Shown piece by piece: positions 13,654 to 23,473 of a stretch of DNA of 37,379 nt (its first letter is position 1; every line of letters starts with the position of its first letter). Both the position numbers and the translations under genes were made by a program. The notes under the pieces were generated by a model. The model did not search any database. It was not told the origin of the DNA and was given only the letters and a program-made list of their open reading frames with translations. The DNA is taken from the IMG/VR virus record IMGVR_UViG_3300045988_055277, positions 1 to 37,379 of that record. One strand, 5' to 3'. This DNA is from a virus.

Positions 13654-14706
13654 ATGGCTATCAATTATGCTATCAAGTACGCGACTAAGATCGCGGAGCG
13701 TTTCAAGATCGCATCCATCACCAACGAAGACTGCGGCCACGACTATACGTGGGCAGCGCCCAACAGCAAGGTGATCCGTGTTGGCAGCGTGAACACGGTG
13801 CCGGAGACCGAGTACAAGCGCAGCGGCGACAACCGCTTTGGCCCCGTGTACGATGTGGGCGACACGCTGCAGGAGATGGAGTGCAAGATGTCCCCCTCCT
13901 TCAGTTTCACCATCGACGCGCTGGACGGATCTGACCGCGCTATTCAGGTGTCCGCCGCCCGTTCGCTGCGCCGGCAGCTGGACGAGGTGACCACGCCCAA
14001 CATGGATAAGCACCGTATCCGCAAGTGGGTGATGGGCGCCAACATCCAGATCAAGGAGGCTACCGCGCCCACCAAGACCACCATCGGCGGCATGATCATC
14101 GACGCCAACGCCAAGATGACCGACGCGCTGGTGCCCATGGACGGGCGGACGCTGTACATCGGCACGGAGTATTACAAGCTCCTGAAGCAGAATCCCGACT
14201 ATCTGGGTGTGGACGCGCTGGGCAAGGAGGCACTGACCCGCGGCGTGGTCGGCGAGTTCGACGGCTGCCGCGTGAAGCCCATTCCCTCCCGGTATATGCC
14301 CGCCGGCGTGTACTTCTTCATTAAGCACCGCAACAGCACGGTTGACCCGGTGAAGCTGGCGAAGTACGACATTCTGCCCAAGGTGCAGGGCTATTCCGGC
14401 CCCGTGGTGCAGGGCGTGACGTACTACGACAGCTTTGTGCTGGGTGCCAGAGGCGACGGCATCGCCGTGTGCGGCAACGCGGCCATTCTGGACGCGCCCG
14501 TCATGAGCATCAGCACCCATAAGGTGACCATCACCGCCGCAGACGGCGTGGTGTTCATGTACACCACCGATGGCTCCAACCCCCGTTACAGCACCACCGC
14601 GCAGGTGTATACCGCGCCGGTAACGCTGGCGGTCGGCGAGACGCTGCGTGCAGTGGGCACCAAGGACGGCTGCGTGGGCATCGAGGCCGCAAAGGATTAC
14701 GAATAA
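13654..14706 (+). CDS. Major capsid protein with a C-terminal Ig-like / chitobiase-C-like decoration domain.
   Basis: 350 aa, following the scaffold gene. The C-terminal segment is ISTHKVTITAADGVVFMYTTDGSNPRYSTTAQVYTAPVTLAVGETLRAVGTKDG. A strong hairpin lies downstream. Confidence 0.8.
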   Translation: MAINYAIKYATKIAERFKIASITNEDCGHDYTWAAPNSKVIRVGSVNTVPETEYKRSGDNRFGPVYDVGDTLQEMECKMSPSFSFTIDALDGSDRAIQVSAARSLRRQLDEVTTPNMDKHRIRKWVMGANIQIKEATAPTKTTIGGMIIDANAKMTDALVPMDGRTLYIGTEYYKLLKQNPDYLGVDALGKEALTRGVVGEFDGCRVKPIPSRYMPAGVYFFIKHRNSTVDPVKLAKYDILPKVQGYSGPVVQGVTYYDSFVLGARGDGIAVCGNAAILDAPVMSISTHKVTITAADGVVFMYTTDGSNPRYSTTAQVYTAPVTLAVGETLRAVGTKDGCVGIEAAKDYE

Positions 14707-14716
14707 AGCCCCAACC

Positions 14717-14751
14717 ATAGGGCGGACACTGACCCCCGGTGTCCGCCCTAT
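14717..14751 (+). terminator. 13-bp perfect hairpin after the capsid gene (possible partial terminator or attenuator).
   Basis: ATAGGGCGGACAC-tgacccccg-GTGTCCGCCCTAT followed by TCCCTTC. Confidence 0.5.
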
Positions 14752-14792
14752 TCCCTTCATATACGGGGGAGGATACAGAGAAAGGCGAGCGC

Positions 14793-16178
14793 ATGGCACA
14801 CAGAGACAACACACCGACGCTGCGAACCGGCGAGCTGAACCCAAAGCAAAAGCTATTCTGTCAGGCGAGGAGCCGGTATGTGGCTTACGGCGGCGCACGA
14901 GGCGGCGGAAAGACCCATGTGCTGCGGGTAAAGGCGGCAGGCGGCGCGCTGGCCTATCCCGGTATCCGGATCCTGATCGTGCGCAGAGAGTACCCGGAGT
15001 TGGAGCAGACCATCATCATACCCATGCGGAAGATGATACCGCCGGAGATGGCGGCGTATAACGGCACCATGCGTATGTTCACCTTCTGCAACGGCAGTGT
15101 GATCAAATTCGGACACTACGACGCAGGCGGCGACGTGGAGTATCAGGGTCAGGAATGGGACTGGATATTTCTGGATGAGGCAACGCACTTTACGGAGAGC
15201 CAGTTCCGCACGCTGGGCGCGTGCTTGCGCGGCGCCACGAAAATACCGCGCCGGATGTACCTGACTATGAACCCCGGCGGCGTGGGGCACGCCTGGGTAA
15301 AGAGACTGTTTATCGACAAGGAGTATACGGCTGATGAGCGGGCGGAGGACTACACCTTTATTCCCGCCACGGTGGACGATAACCCCCAGCTATTGGAGGC
15401 TTCCCCGGAGTATAAGCAGATGCTGGATCTGCTGCCGGAGAATGTGCGCCGCGCGTGGCGTGACGGCGACTGGAACGCCATGGCCGGCACGTACTTTCCG
15501 GAGTTTAAGGCGGATACGCACGTTGTGGAGCCATTTGCAAAGGTGCCGCGTGAGTGGCGGAAATACCGGGCATTCGACTACGGCCTTGATATGTTCGCCT
15601 GCCTTTGGGTGGCGGTGGACTATGACGGCAGGGCGTGGGTCTATCGCGAGGTACAGCAAAGCGGGCTGATCGTGTCGGAGGCGGCGAAACTGATGAACGC
15701 ACTGACGCCGCCGGAGGAAACGATCTTTGCGACCATCGCGCCGCCGGATATGTGGGCGCGGCAGAAGGACAGCGGAAAGAGTATGGCCGAGATATTCGCA
15801 CAGAACGGCGTGGGGCTTATTAAGGCCAGCAACAACCGCATTCAGGGCTGGATGGCGGTAAAGGAAATGCTCAAGCCGCTGCGCAGCGAGCGCGACAGGC
15901 CGGGCCTTCTGGTGGCCAACTGCTGCCGGGGGCTGATCCGGAACATGGCGCTGATACAGAGCGACAGCAAGAACCCCAGCGATTGCGCCACAGAACCCCA
16001 CGACATTACCCATATCTGCGATGCGGCGCGGTATTTCTGTGCCACACGCACCATTGCGGCGCAGTTGGCCGCGCCGGTGCGGGAGCAGGAGCCTTACGAG
16101 GCAGCGGCGGCGGACTATGACGACGAGATGACCGGCGGCGAGATGACCGGCAGCTATCTGACATACGGAGGTGGTTAA
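14793..16178 (+). CDS. terL: Terminase large subunit.
   Basis: The start is taken at MAHRDNT. Walker A is GGARGGGKT and Walker B is WIFLDEATH. The C-terminal nuclease region is FDYGLDMFACLWVAVD...ICDAARY. Confidence 0.93.
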   Translation: MAHRDNTPTLRTGELNPKQKLFCQARSRYVAYGGARGGGKTHVLRVKAAGGALAYPGIRILIVRREYPELEQTIIIPMRKMIPPEMAAYNGTMRMFTFCNGSVIKFGHYDAGGDVEYQGQEWDWIFLDEATHFTESQFRTLGACLRGATKIPRRMYLTMNPGGVGHAWVKRLFIDKEYTADERAEDYTFIPATVDDNPQLLEASPEYKQMLDLLPENVRRAWRDGDWNAMAGTYFPEFKADTHVVEPFAKVPREWRKYRAFDYGLDMFACLWVAVDYDGRAWVYREVQQSGLIVSEAAKLMNALTPPEETIFATIAPPDMWARQKDSGKSMAEIFAQNGVGLIKASNNRIQGWMAVKEMLKPLRSERDRPGLLVANCCRGLIRNMALIQSDSKNPSDCATEPHDITHICDAARYFCATRTIAAQLAAPVREQEPYEAAAADYDDEMTGGEMTGSYLTYGGG

Positions 16179-16180
16179 AG

Positions 16181-17995
16181 GTGGCGACCATTTCAAACGC
16201 AAACGGAAACAGCATACTGAAAATCCATGCGTTTCTGGGCATGAATGAGAATCTGGACGGCGACACGACGCTGCAAAACGGCGAAATGGCGGAGATGCGG
16301 AATTTCCGGATCACGGCAGATAACCACCTGCAGATAAGACCCGGCAGCAAGACCATTATGACGCTGGCGGACGGGGGCGGCGCGGCAGGCGCGGAGATAT
16401 ACGGCGTATGGCGCGGCATGGTGGGCGGCAGCGAGCATCTGCTGGCGGCCTACGGCGGGCATATCTACGATGTGGATGTGGACGCCCGGACAAAACGCGA
16501 CCTTGGCGCAGCCGCGGCGGCGAGTACGACATTTTTCGCCTTTGGCGGAAAGGTGTATCTGCTCAACGGCGCGGACTATAAGAGCTGGGACGGCGGCGCG
16601 GAGACGGAATTTTCGGACGTGACGCCCTATGTGCCGCTGGTGCAGATCAGCACGACACCGGCAGGTGCGGGCACGCTGCTGGAGGGCGTGAACCGTCTGA
16701 CAGGGAAGCGGCGCGTACAGTTCAGCCCGGACGGAACGGCAACCATGTTTCAACTGCCGGAGAAAGGAATCGTAGGCGTGGACGGCGTGAAGGTGAACGG
16801 AAGCGCCGTTACTGGCTGGACGGCGGACACCGCGGCGGGGACGATCACCTTTTCGGCGGCGCCGGCAAAGGGGACAAATACCGTGGAGGCGACATACACA
16901 AAGGGCGGCGGGGCGCCCGGAGATGTTAAGGCCATGCGATTCTCCGAGCTGTACAACGGCAGTACGGATACCCGCGTGTTTCTATACGGTGACGGGAGCA
17001 ACCGCGCTATCTACTCCGGTATCCGGTACGACACAGGCGAGGCAAGCGCGGACTATTTCCCCGACCTTTACGAGCTGCGGGTGGGAGAAAAGAACACGCC
17101 CATTACGGCACTTGTAAGACAGTACGCCCGCATGATGGCATTTAAGCCCAACAGCGCATGGGCGGTGATCTACGGCACAACACCGCTGGATGACGGCACC
17201 ACCACGGCGGCATTTTACGTGCAGCCCGTCAACCGACAGTTCGGAAACGAAGCGCCGGGACAGGCGCGGCTATTGGAAAATAGCCCCCTGACGCTGGATG
17301 CAGGCAGCGTATATCAGTGGATCAGCGAGGGGAGCAAGTATGTCAACAGCAGTGAGAGCAATGCAAAGCGCGTCAGCGACCGGGTGGCTAAGACGCTGCG
17401 CGGTTTCTCGCTGAAGGACATCAAGACATATAACATGAAGCAGGAGCATGAATACTGGTTCATGCACAATAGGCGTGCGTTGGTACTGAACTACGCCAAC
17501 AACACGTGGTATCTGTATAAGGACCTGCCATTTGACCAGATCGTGGAGGTAGAGGCAGAGCGGTACGGTTTCAGCGCAGACGGAGCGGTGGTGCATTTCA
17601 GCCGCGCATACCGGAACGACAACAACGCGCCTATCGACTGCTACGCCGCAACGGGCGCCATGGACTTTAACAAGGATTGGCTGCTGAAATACTCCCCCGC
17701 AATTTTCGTGGCGATGCAGCCGGAGAGCAACGCACGCATTACCGTGACGGTGGAGAGCGACCGGCGCAGCGACTACCCGGAAAAGGTGGTGGCATATAGT
17801 CTGGCGGCTTTTGACCATGTGAACTTTGCACACTTTTCTTTCTCCACGAACCGTAAGCCGAAGGTGAAGCGTGTGAAGCTGAAAGTAAAGAAAGCCACGT
17901 TCTACCGACTGATCTATCGGAGCCTGTCCACCAGCGCAACGGCGACAGTGATCGAAACGGACATTCAGATGCGGTATGCGGGCAACGTGAAATGA
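16181..17995 (+). CDS. Large virion structural protein of unknown role (beta-rich; possibly a tail or nozzle component).
   Basis: GTG start with GGAGGTG 7 nt upstream; 604 aa. It lies between terL and the portal gene. Confidence 0.85.
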   Translation: MATISNANGNSILKIHAFLGMNENLDGDTTLQNGEMAEMRNFRITADNHLQIRPGSKTIMTLADGGGAAGAEIYGVWRGMVGGSEHLLAAYGGHIYDVDVDARTKRDLGAAAAASTTFFAFGGKVYLLNGADYKSWDGGAETEFSDVTPYVPLVQISTTPAGAGTLLEGVNRLTGKRRVQFSPDGTATMFQLPEKGIVGVDGVKVNGSAVTGWTADTAAGTITFSAAPAKGTNTVEATYTKGGGAPGDVKAMRFSELYNGSTDTRVFLYGDGSNRAIYSGIRYDTGEASADYFPDLYELRVGEKNTPITALVRQYARMMAFKPNSAWAVIYGTTPLDDGTTTAAFYVQPVNRQFGNEAPGQARLLENSPLTLDAGSVYQWISEGSKYVNSSESNAKRVSDRVAKTLRGFSLKDIKTYNMKQEHEYWFMHNRRALVLNYANNTWYLYKDLPFDQIVEVEAERYGFSADGAVVHFSRAYRNDNNAPIDCYAATGAMDFNKDWLLKYSPAIFVAMQPESNARITVTVESDRRSDYPEKVVAYSLAAFDHVNFAHFSFSTNRKPKVKRVKLKVKKATFYRLIYRSLSTSATATVIETDIQMRYAGNVK

Positions 17996-17996
17996 G

Positions 17997-19676
17997 GTGA
18001 AAGGATTGAGCGATAACTTTACGCCGCAGAGTGTATTTGCGGAATACAACGCGGGCGTACACTTCTGCGAGGGAATCGACCTGTACGACACGGTGCAGAC
18101 CAACGAGAACTTTTTCATCGGAAAGCAGTGGGAGGGCGTACAGGCGAACGGTCTGCCGACACCTGTATTCAACTTCCTGAAGCGCGTGGTGTTGTTCAGC
18201 GTGGCCAACATCAGCACGGACAATCTGAAGCTCCACGCAAAGCCGCTCAATGGCGGCGGCGATGCGCCTGCATGGCTGCTGGAGATGTACAGCAACATCC
18301 TGAACGACCAGTTTACCTCCATTTTCGAGAAGAACAAAATGGGCGGGTGTATCCGTGAATACTGCCGGAACGCGGCGGTGGACGGAGACGGCTGTATGTA
18401 CGCATGGTGGGACGCAGACATGGAGACGGGGCAGGCCCGGAAGGGCGGCATCCGGACGGAGGTGCTGCAGAACACGCAGGTGCTGTTTGGCAACCCCAAC
18501 AGCCGGGATGTGCAGAGCCAGCCGTATATCATCATCCTGCGGCGTATGCTGGTGGGTGAGGCGCAGCGGTACGCCAGAGAGATGGGCGTCTGGGAGGAAA
18601 ACGTGCAGGCCATTACGCCGGACGACAAGGAGACCGGCAATATCTCCATGGATCAGCTGGGCGGGAACAAGGTGACGGTGATGCTGCGCCTGTGGCGAGA
18701 CAGCGAGACAAACACCATCCACGCCTATGAATGCACACAGGCGGCAGAGGTGCGCGGTGAGTGGGATATGGGGATCAGGCTCTATCCTCTGGTGTGGATG
18801 CCGTGGGACTATGTGCAGGACTGCTATCACGGACAGGCGATGATTACCGGACTGATCCCCAACCAGATCTTTGTGAACAAGCTGTTTGCAATGAGCATGA
18901 TCTCCCTGATGACGCTGGCTTATCCCAAAGTGATGTATGACAGGACGCGCATTGCGGGGTGGAGCAGTAAGGTCGGCGCGGCCATCGGCGTAAGCGGCAA
19001 CGTGGACGGGGCTGCGAAGATCATCGACCCGGCACAGATCAGCCCGCAGATCAGCCAGTTTATCGAGCTGGCCATCAGCTACACGCAAAAGTTCCTGGGT
19101 GCAACGGACGTGGCGCTGGGCGACACGCGGCCTGACAACACAAGCGCCATTATCGCCCTGCAGCGCGCGGCTGCTACGCCGATGGAGCTGACAAAGCAGA
19201 ACCTTTTGCAGAGCGTGGAGCAGCTAGGCGACGTGTTCATGGAGTTCATGGCCGAGTACTACGGGACGCGGCAGGTGGAGGTATCTGACAGGGAAACCGG
19301 AGAACAGATGTATGTTGGGTTCGATTTCAGCGTTCTGCGCGAGGTACCGTGCAGCATCGACCTGGACGCAGGCGCCAGCTCCTATTGGAGCGAAATTGCC
19401 AATATGCAGACGCTGGACAACCTGCTGATGCAGGGGAAGATCCCCACCAGCGAATACCTGCGGCGTCTGCCAAACGGACAGATCAGCGACAGAGAGCGCC
19501 TGATCGCCATCACGGAGGCGGCAGAGCGCGGCGCGATGCCGGAGATGATGGGACAATCCGGCGGCGCAGAGCCGGAGATCGACGAGGCGGATATTCCGGT
19601 ACGAGGCGGCGCTGGATACGGCGCCTTACAGCGGAAGATCAACGAGAGCGGCGCGGTGCCGAGAACGGAGGGATAA
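17997..19676 (+). CDS. Portal protein (probable).
   Basis: 559 aa. The N-terminal segment is NENFFIGKQWEG...GLPTPVFNFLKRVV. The stem/tunnel-like segment is GDTRPDNTSAIIALQRAAATPMELTKQNLLQSVEQLGDVFMEF. The C-terminus is acidic. The start is uncertain: GTG at 17997, or TTG at 18006 with GAGGTG upstream. Confidence 0.7.
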   Translation: MKGLSDNFTPQSVFAEYNAGVHFCEGIDLYDTVQTNENFFIGKQWEGVQANGLPTPVFNFLKRVVLFSVANISTDNLKLHAKPLNGGGDAPAWLLEMYSNILNDQFTSIFEKNKMGGCIREYCRNAAVDGDGCMYAWWDADMETGQARKGGIRTEVLQNTQVLFGNPNSRDVQSQPYIIILRRMLVGEAQRYAREMGVWEENVQAITPDDKETGNISMDQLGGNKVTVMLRLWRDSETNTIHAYECTQAAEVRGEWDMGIRLYPLVWMPWDYVQDCYHGQAMITGLIPNQIFVNKLFAMSMISLMTLAYPKVMYDRTRIAGWSSKVGAAIGVSGNVDGAAKIIDPAQISPQISQFIELAISYTQKFLGATDVALGDTRPDNTSAIIALQRAAATPMELTKQNLLQSVEQLGDVFMEFMAEYYGTRQVEVSDRETGEQMYVGFDFSVLREVPCSIDLDAGASSYWSEIANMQTLDNLLMQGKIPTSEYLRRLPNGQISDRERLIAITEAAERGAMPEMMGQSGGAEPEIDEADIPVRGGAGYGALQRKINESGAVPRTEG

Positions 19677-19679
19677 GAT

Positions 19680-21665
19680 ATGGCATTGACAGAGTTTGAG
19701 AAGAACATGGACATCATTGCGGCGCTTGACGATGAGCCGAACGACGTGGGCGGCCTATCGGCGGCGGAGCTGAAGGCCAAGTTCGACGAGGGCGGAAAGG
19801 CGCTGCAGGACTACATCAACAACACACTGCTGCCGGCGCTGGATAACGCCGGCGTGGAGCGCTCTGTGCTGCTGCCGCTGCTGGACGCCGGGTTCAAGTA
19901 TATGCGGCTGAACAGCGACAAGGTTCTGGAGGTCAGCACGGACGGCGAAGCGTGGCAGGCGACAGGATCTTCCGGACACCTGGTCTACGGCAAGAACGGG
20001 GGGCAGCTTCCCCAGCGCAGCCGGTTGAAGTTTGCCAACAGCGAAGTGACGGACGACGGCACCTATACCATTGTGCAGGGCGTGAAGGGCGACACCGGCG
20101 CTACCGGACCGCAGGGCGCACAGGGTATCCAAGGCCAAAAGGGCGAAAAGGGCGACCGAGGGCAGGTGCTGGTACCCAATGTGGACGGCGAGGGCGTGAT
20201 GTCGTGGAGTGTACAGGAGCCGCCTGCGGCTGTTCCCGCGCCGCGCAACATCCGAGGGCCGCAGGGCATCCAAGGTGTGCAGGGTGTACAGGGTGCGCAG
20301 GGCCAGCGCGGCGTACAGGGTGCGCAAGGCCCGCAAGGTCCGCAGGGCGTACAGGGTGAGCCTGGACGAGACGGCGCGGACGGACGCAGCTTTGCAATCA
20401 AGGGTATGTACGCCACGCTGCAAGAGCTGCTGGAAGCGCATCCCACGGGCAGCGTGGGTGATGCCTACGCCGTGGGAACGGCTGCCAGCAACACCATTTT
20501 TAACTGGAACGCGGACAAGGGTACCTGGGATGATCTGGGCGGCTTGAAAGGTCCGCAGGGCGAGCAAGGCCCACAGGGCGAGCAGGGCATACAAGGCGTG
20601 CAGGGTGAACGCGGGCCGGAGGGACCGCAGGGTGTGCAGGGTCCGCAGGGAGAGCAGGGCATCCAAGGCCCGGAGGGCCCGCAGGGTCCGGTGGGACCGG
20701 CAGGCCCGCAGGGAGAGCCGGGGCCGGCCTACACCGCCGGGGAGAACATCTCCATCAGTGGCAGCGTGATCGCTACCAAGGCGTTTCCGTGTAACCCCAA
20801 CCTGCTGGATAACTGGTACTTCGGGAATCCGGTGAATCAGCCGGGGCAGACGGAATGGCTGTCCTCTGCAAGCGTTAATGTTCCGTGCGTAGACAGGTGG
20901 AATTGGTGGGGGCAGTATATAGCGGGTTCAACCTTAAAGCTTCTGAATGATGGACTGCAACTTATCGGAAACCCCGAAGGAGGAGGACTTTATCAGCAAA
21001 TCGTACAGAAGATTGAAAAGGATAGGTTGCCTGTCGGAGCAACCGTTACACTATCTGCTCTTGTCAAGGCGGAGGCTGACGCTTCAATTATTCTCAGCAT
21101 AGGCGGACAAAACTATGCGGCCGTGATGGTTCCAGCGAACACATGGACGTTAATCGCTGGCGTAAAAAATGTGCCAAGTGTCGAGCAGACGCATAGCATA
21201 GGTATCCAGCGAAATACAGCTGGAGTAACTTTTACTGTTAAAGCAGTCAAGCTGGAGCTTGGCTCTCAGCAGACGCTGGCCCATCAGGAGGACGGCGTGT
21301 GGGTGCTGAACGAGATCCCCGACTACGGCGAGCAGCTGAGACGGTGCCAGAGGTACTACTGGCGCTCTTGGCGTGGCGAAAAAACAATTAACACCGCTAT
21401 CCTTGGAGAAACATTTCCAAGTAATAGTAGGAGCAGAATTGTAGGATTCTCATATCCCGTGGAAATGAGAGAGAAGCCGAGTATTATAATTTCTGGAACT
21501 AATAGTGTTGGAAGTGTGAACGACTGGGTAGGCGATGGGGAGATTGAATGCGGCGCTAAAGCGTTGTATTACGATAATCAAAGGTGCATGGCCGTTGGTG
21601 CCGACATCCCCCTTACGGATTATGAATATGTATATTACTTTGTCGAGGCATCTGCCGATTTGTAG
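19680..21665 (+). CDS. Collagen-like tail fibre / receptor-binding protein.
   Basis: 661 aa. Three Gly-X-Y blocks lie at about nt 20079-20162, 20256-20384 and 20541-20726. A C-terminal non-collagen domain follows from about 20760. Confidence 0.88.
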   Translation: MALTEFEKNMDIIAALDDEPNDVGGLSAAELKAKFDEGGKALQDYINNTLLPALDNAGVERSVLLPLLDAGFKYMRLNSDKVLEVSTDGEAWQATGSSGHLVYGKNGGQLPQRSRLKFANSEVTDDGTYTIVQGVKGDTGATGPQGAQGIQGQKGEKGDRGQVLVPNVDGEGVMSWSVQEPPAAVPAPRNIRGPQGIQGVQGVQGAQGQRGVQGAQGPQGPQGVQGEPGRDGADGRSFAIKGMYATLQELLEAHPTGSVGDAYAVGTAASNTIFNWNADKGTWDDLGGLKGPQGEQGPQGEQGIQGVQGERGPEGPQGVQGPQGEQGIQGPEGPQGPVGPAGPQGEPGPAYTAGENISISGSVIATKAFPCNPNLLDNWYFGNPVNQPGQTEWLSSASVNVPCVDRWNWWGQYIAGSTLKLLNDGLQLIGNPEGGGLYQQIVQKIEKDRLPVGATVTLSALVKAEADASIILSIGGQNYAAVMVPANTWTLIAGVKNVPSVEQTHSIGIQRNTAGVTFTVKAVKLELGSQQTLAHQEDGVWVLNEIPDYGEQLRRCQRYYWRSWRGEKTINTAILGETFPSNSRSRIVGFSYPVEMREKPSIIISGTNSVGSVNDWVGDGEIECGAKALYYDNQRCMAVGADIPLTDYEYVYYFVEASADL

Positions 21666-21676
21666 GAGGTGACCGG

Positions 21677-22006
21677 ATGGAAGCATGGACGAATGTCGGC
21701 GTGCCGCTGATCGTGGCGCTGCTGACCTCCACCGCCCTGTGGGGCGTGGTGAGCAAGGTTATCCTCAAGCGGATGGAGCTGACAGCCAAGCGCAGCAAGG
21801 CAGACGAGGCGCAGCGGAAGATGCTGGTGGGGCTGGCCCACGACCGCATCATCCACCTCGGCATGGTGTACATCGAGCGGGGCTGCGTCACGCAGGACGA
21901 GTACGAGAATTTGCAGGTGTACCTCTACGAGCCGTATGAGGAGATGGGCGGCAACGGCAGCGCGCGGCGCGTCATGGAGGAAGTGCGGAAGCTGCCCATA
22001 CGATAG
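21677..22006 (+). CDS. N-terminally membrane-anchored protein (hypothetical; possibly lysis-associated).
   Basis: AGGAGGTG RBS, 109 aa, TM segment VGVPLIVALLTSTALWGVV. Confidence 0.75.
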   Translation: MEAWTNVGVPLIVALLTSTALWGVVSKVILKRMELTAKRSKADEAQRKMLVGLAHDRIIHLGMVYIERGCVTQDEYENLQVYLYEPYEEMGGNGSARRVMEEVRKLPIR

Positions 22007-22068
22007 GGCGATGTTGCACGCCGCTGTGAAACAAAAAGCCGTGGCCGAAATAAAGTGGAGGTGCGAGA

Positions 22069-22281
22069 ATGGACCGTTTGACAGATATTAAAAAAAGACT
22101 CCTGGCAACGACGCCGGGAGTCTGGATAGAAGGCTTAAATGCTTGCAAGAGGCGACTCCCCGTTGGTGTCATCGCGTGCAAGCATATTTGGACACCCACC
22201 ATAGAAAATCCGACGGTGAGCGTATGCCCCAAGTGCGGGGCGAAGGTAGGTCCGCAGAGGGAAGATGGAATACGCATATAA
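22069..22281 (+). CDS. Small protein sharing its N-terminal 18 aa with the next gene; Cys-containing tail.
   Basis: MDRLTDIKKRLLATTPGVW... compares with MSRIDEIKRRLLATTPGSW... in the next gene. A CPKCG motif is present. G+C is lower. Confidence 0.55.
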   Translation: MDRLTDIKKRLLATTPGVWIEGLNACKRRLPVGVIACKHIWTPTIENPTVSVCPKCGAKVGPQREDGIRI

Positions 22282-22299
22282 CGTGCAGGAGGGTAGACA

Positions 22300-22551
22300 A
22301 TGAGCAGGATAGACGAAATCAAAAGAAGGCTGCTGGCGACAACTCCGGGAAGCTGGGGAGTGGTGGAGCAGGACGATGATGGAGACTGGATCGTGAGCGG
22401 CGCGGATGGCACCTACATCGCGCAGACCAGTTATGACGGGCTCAGCGTTACCACGAGGGAAACTTGCAGAGGTGATGCTGAATTTATCGCCCACGCAAAG
22501 GAAGATATCGCGTTCTTGTTGGAGAAATTAGAAGTATATTTCAGGGAATAG
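22300..22551 (+). CDS. Ead/Ea22-like small phage protein.
   Basis: The N-terminus is RLLATTPGSW and the C-terminus is DAEFIAHAKEDIAFLLEKLE. I recall this pattern from Ea22-like prophage proteins. Confidence 0.7.
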   Translation: MSRIDEIKRRLLATTPGSWGVVEQDDDGDWIVSGADGTYIAQTSYDGLSVTTRETCRGDAEFIAHAKEDIAFLLEKLEVYFRE

Positions 22552-23166
22552 CTTCGGCTTGACGCGATAGAGAGACTGCAGAACCTCGAATGTCATTTGA
22601 CGCATGGTAGCATAGACGGCATCGTTATCTAATGGAGATTCTGTGCCGTCAGGCCTTGTGACCGTCCAACCTGTGAGATCGTTTGTTTTCATCACAGCAA
22701 GATCGTCACTAATTTCCGGATCAACGTGGGCACCTCCGTCCTGATTAGCGAGAAGTTGCAAGACTTGTTTGCGGCGATAAAGGTTTTTCTTCCGATCTGA
22801 AAACACGATCTCACCACTCCAGTCCGGGAACGACAAGAGACGGTAGCGATCGTCGTTTTCAAAGAGCGGAACGTACCGGGCGGTATTGCCACCAAGTTCG
22901 AACTTAATTAAGCATTGCTGGGAAAGGAGGTTCGTGGGGTCGTATTTTTGAGCGGTACTTACGAACTGCATCTTCCTTTTCAAGTGCATTTGCCCAAGAA
23001 GGGAAGATGATGCCTTTGTGTCGTGCAAAAGGACGCGGAGCGTCACGGCCATTCGCTTCGCCTCCGTCTCGTTACCGAGGTCGTAGAGCTTGGCGGATGA
23101 TTGGAGGAAACCAATTTGCTCAGTCAAATGCTTCGCTAATTCTTCTTGTGTAATCTTCACAGCCAT
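22528..23166 (-). CDS. Reverse-oriented low-GC moron: 212-aa cytoplasmic protein of unknown function.
   Basis: AAGGAGGTGtaattATG, MAVKITQEELAKHLTEQIGFLQSSAKLYDLGNETEAKRMAVTLRVLLHDT...LLANQDGGAHVDPEI... It is the only minus-strand gene within the late operon and converges on 22300..22551 with a 24-nt overlap. Confidence 0.85.
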   Translation of the reverse strand: MAVKITQEELAKHLTEQIGFLQSSAKLYDLGNETEAKRMAVTLRVLLHDTKASSSLLGQMHLKRKMQFVSTAQKYDPTNLLSQQCLIKFELGGNTARYVPLFENDDRYRLLSFPDWSGEIVFSDRKKNLYRRKQVLQLLANQDGGAHVDPEISDDLAVMKTNDLTGWTVTRPDGTESPLDNDAVYATMRQMTFEVLQSLYRVKPKLFPEIYF

Positions 23167-23254
23167 AATTACACCTCCTTGCATGGAGTATACATCGCAA
23201 GGCGTATTTTGTCAAAAACAAAGGACAGGCCGACAGGCCGGAAAGGAAAAAATC

Positions 23255-23470
23255 ATGAAGCTGAACAACAAGGTATACGACATTATGAAATGGTTGGTCA
23301 TCATCGTTATGCCCGCCGTGGCCACGCTGTATGCGGCGCTGGCGGCGGTGTGGGCTTGGCCCTACGCCGACGAGGTGGTGACCACCATCACCGCCGTGGA
23401 TACGTTCCTCGGCGCGGTGCTGTGCATCTCCACGGCGCAGTATCACAAGGAAAACAAACTGGAGGTGTGA
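23255..23470 (+). CDS. Holin (Dp-1-like holin family).
   Basis: 71 aa, KVYDIMKWLVIIVMPAVATLYAALAAVWAWPYADEVVTTITAVDTFLGAVLCIS, immediately upstream of the endolysin gene. Confidence 0.85.
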   Translation: MKLNNKVYDIMKWLVIIVMPAVATLYAALAAVWAWPYADEVVTTITAVDTFLGAVLCISTAQYHKENKLEV

Positions 23471-23473
23471 GCC

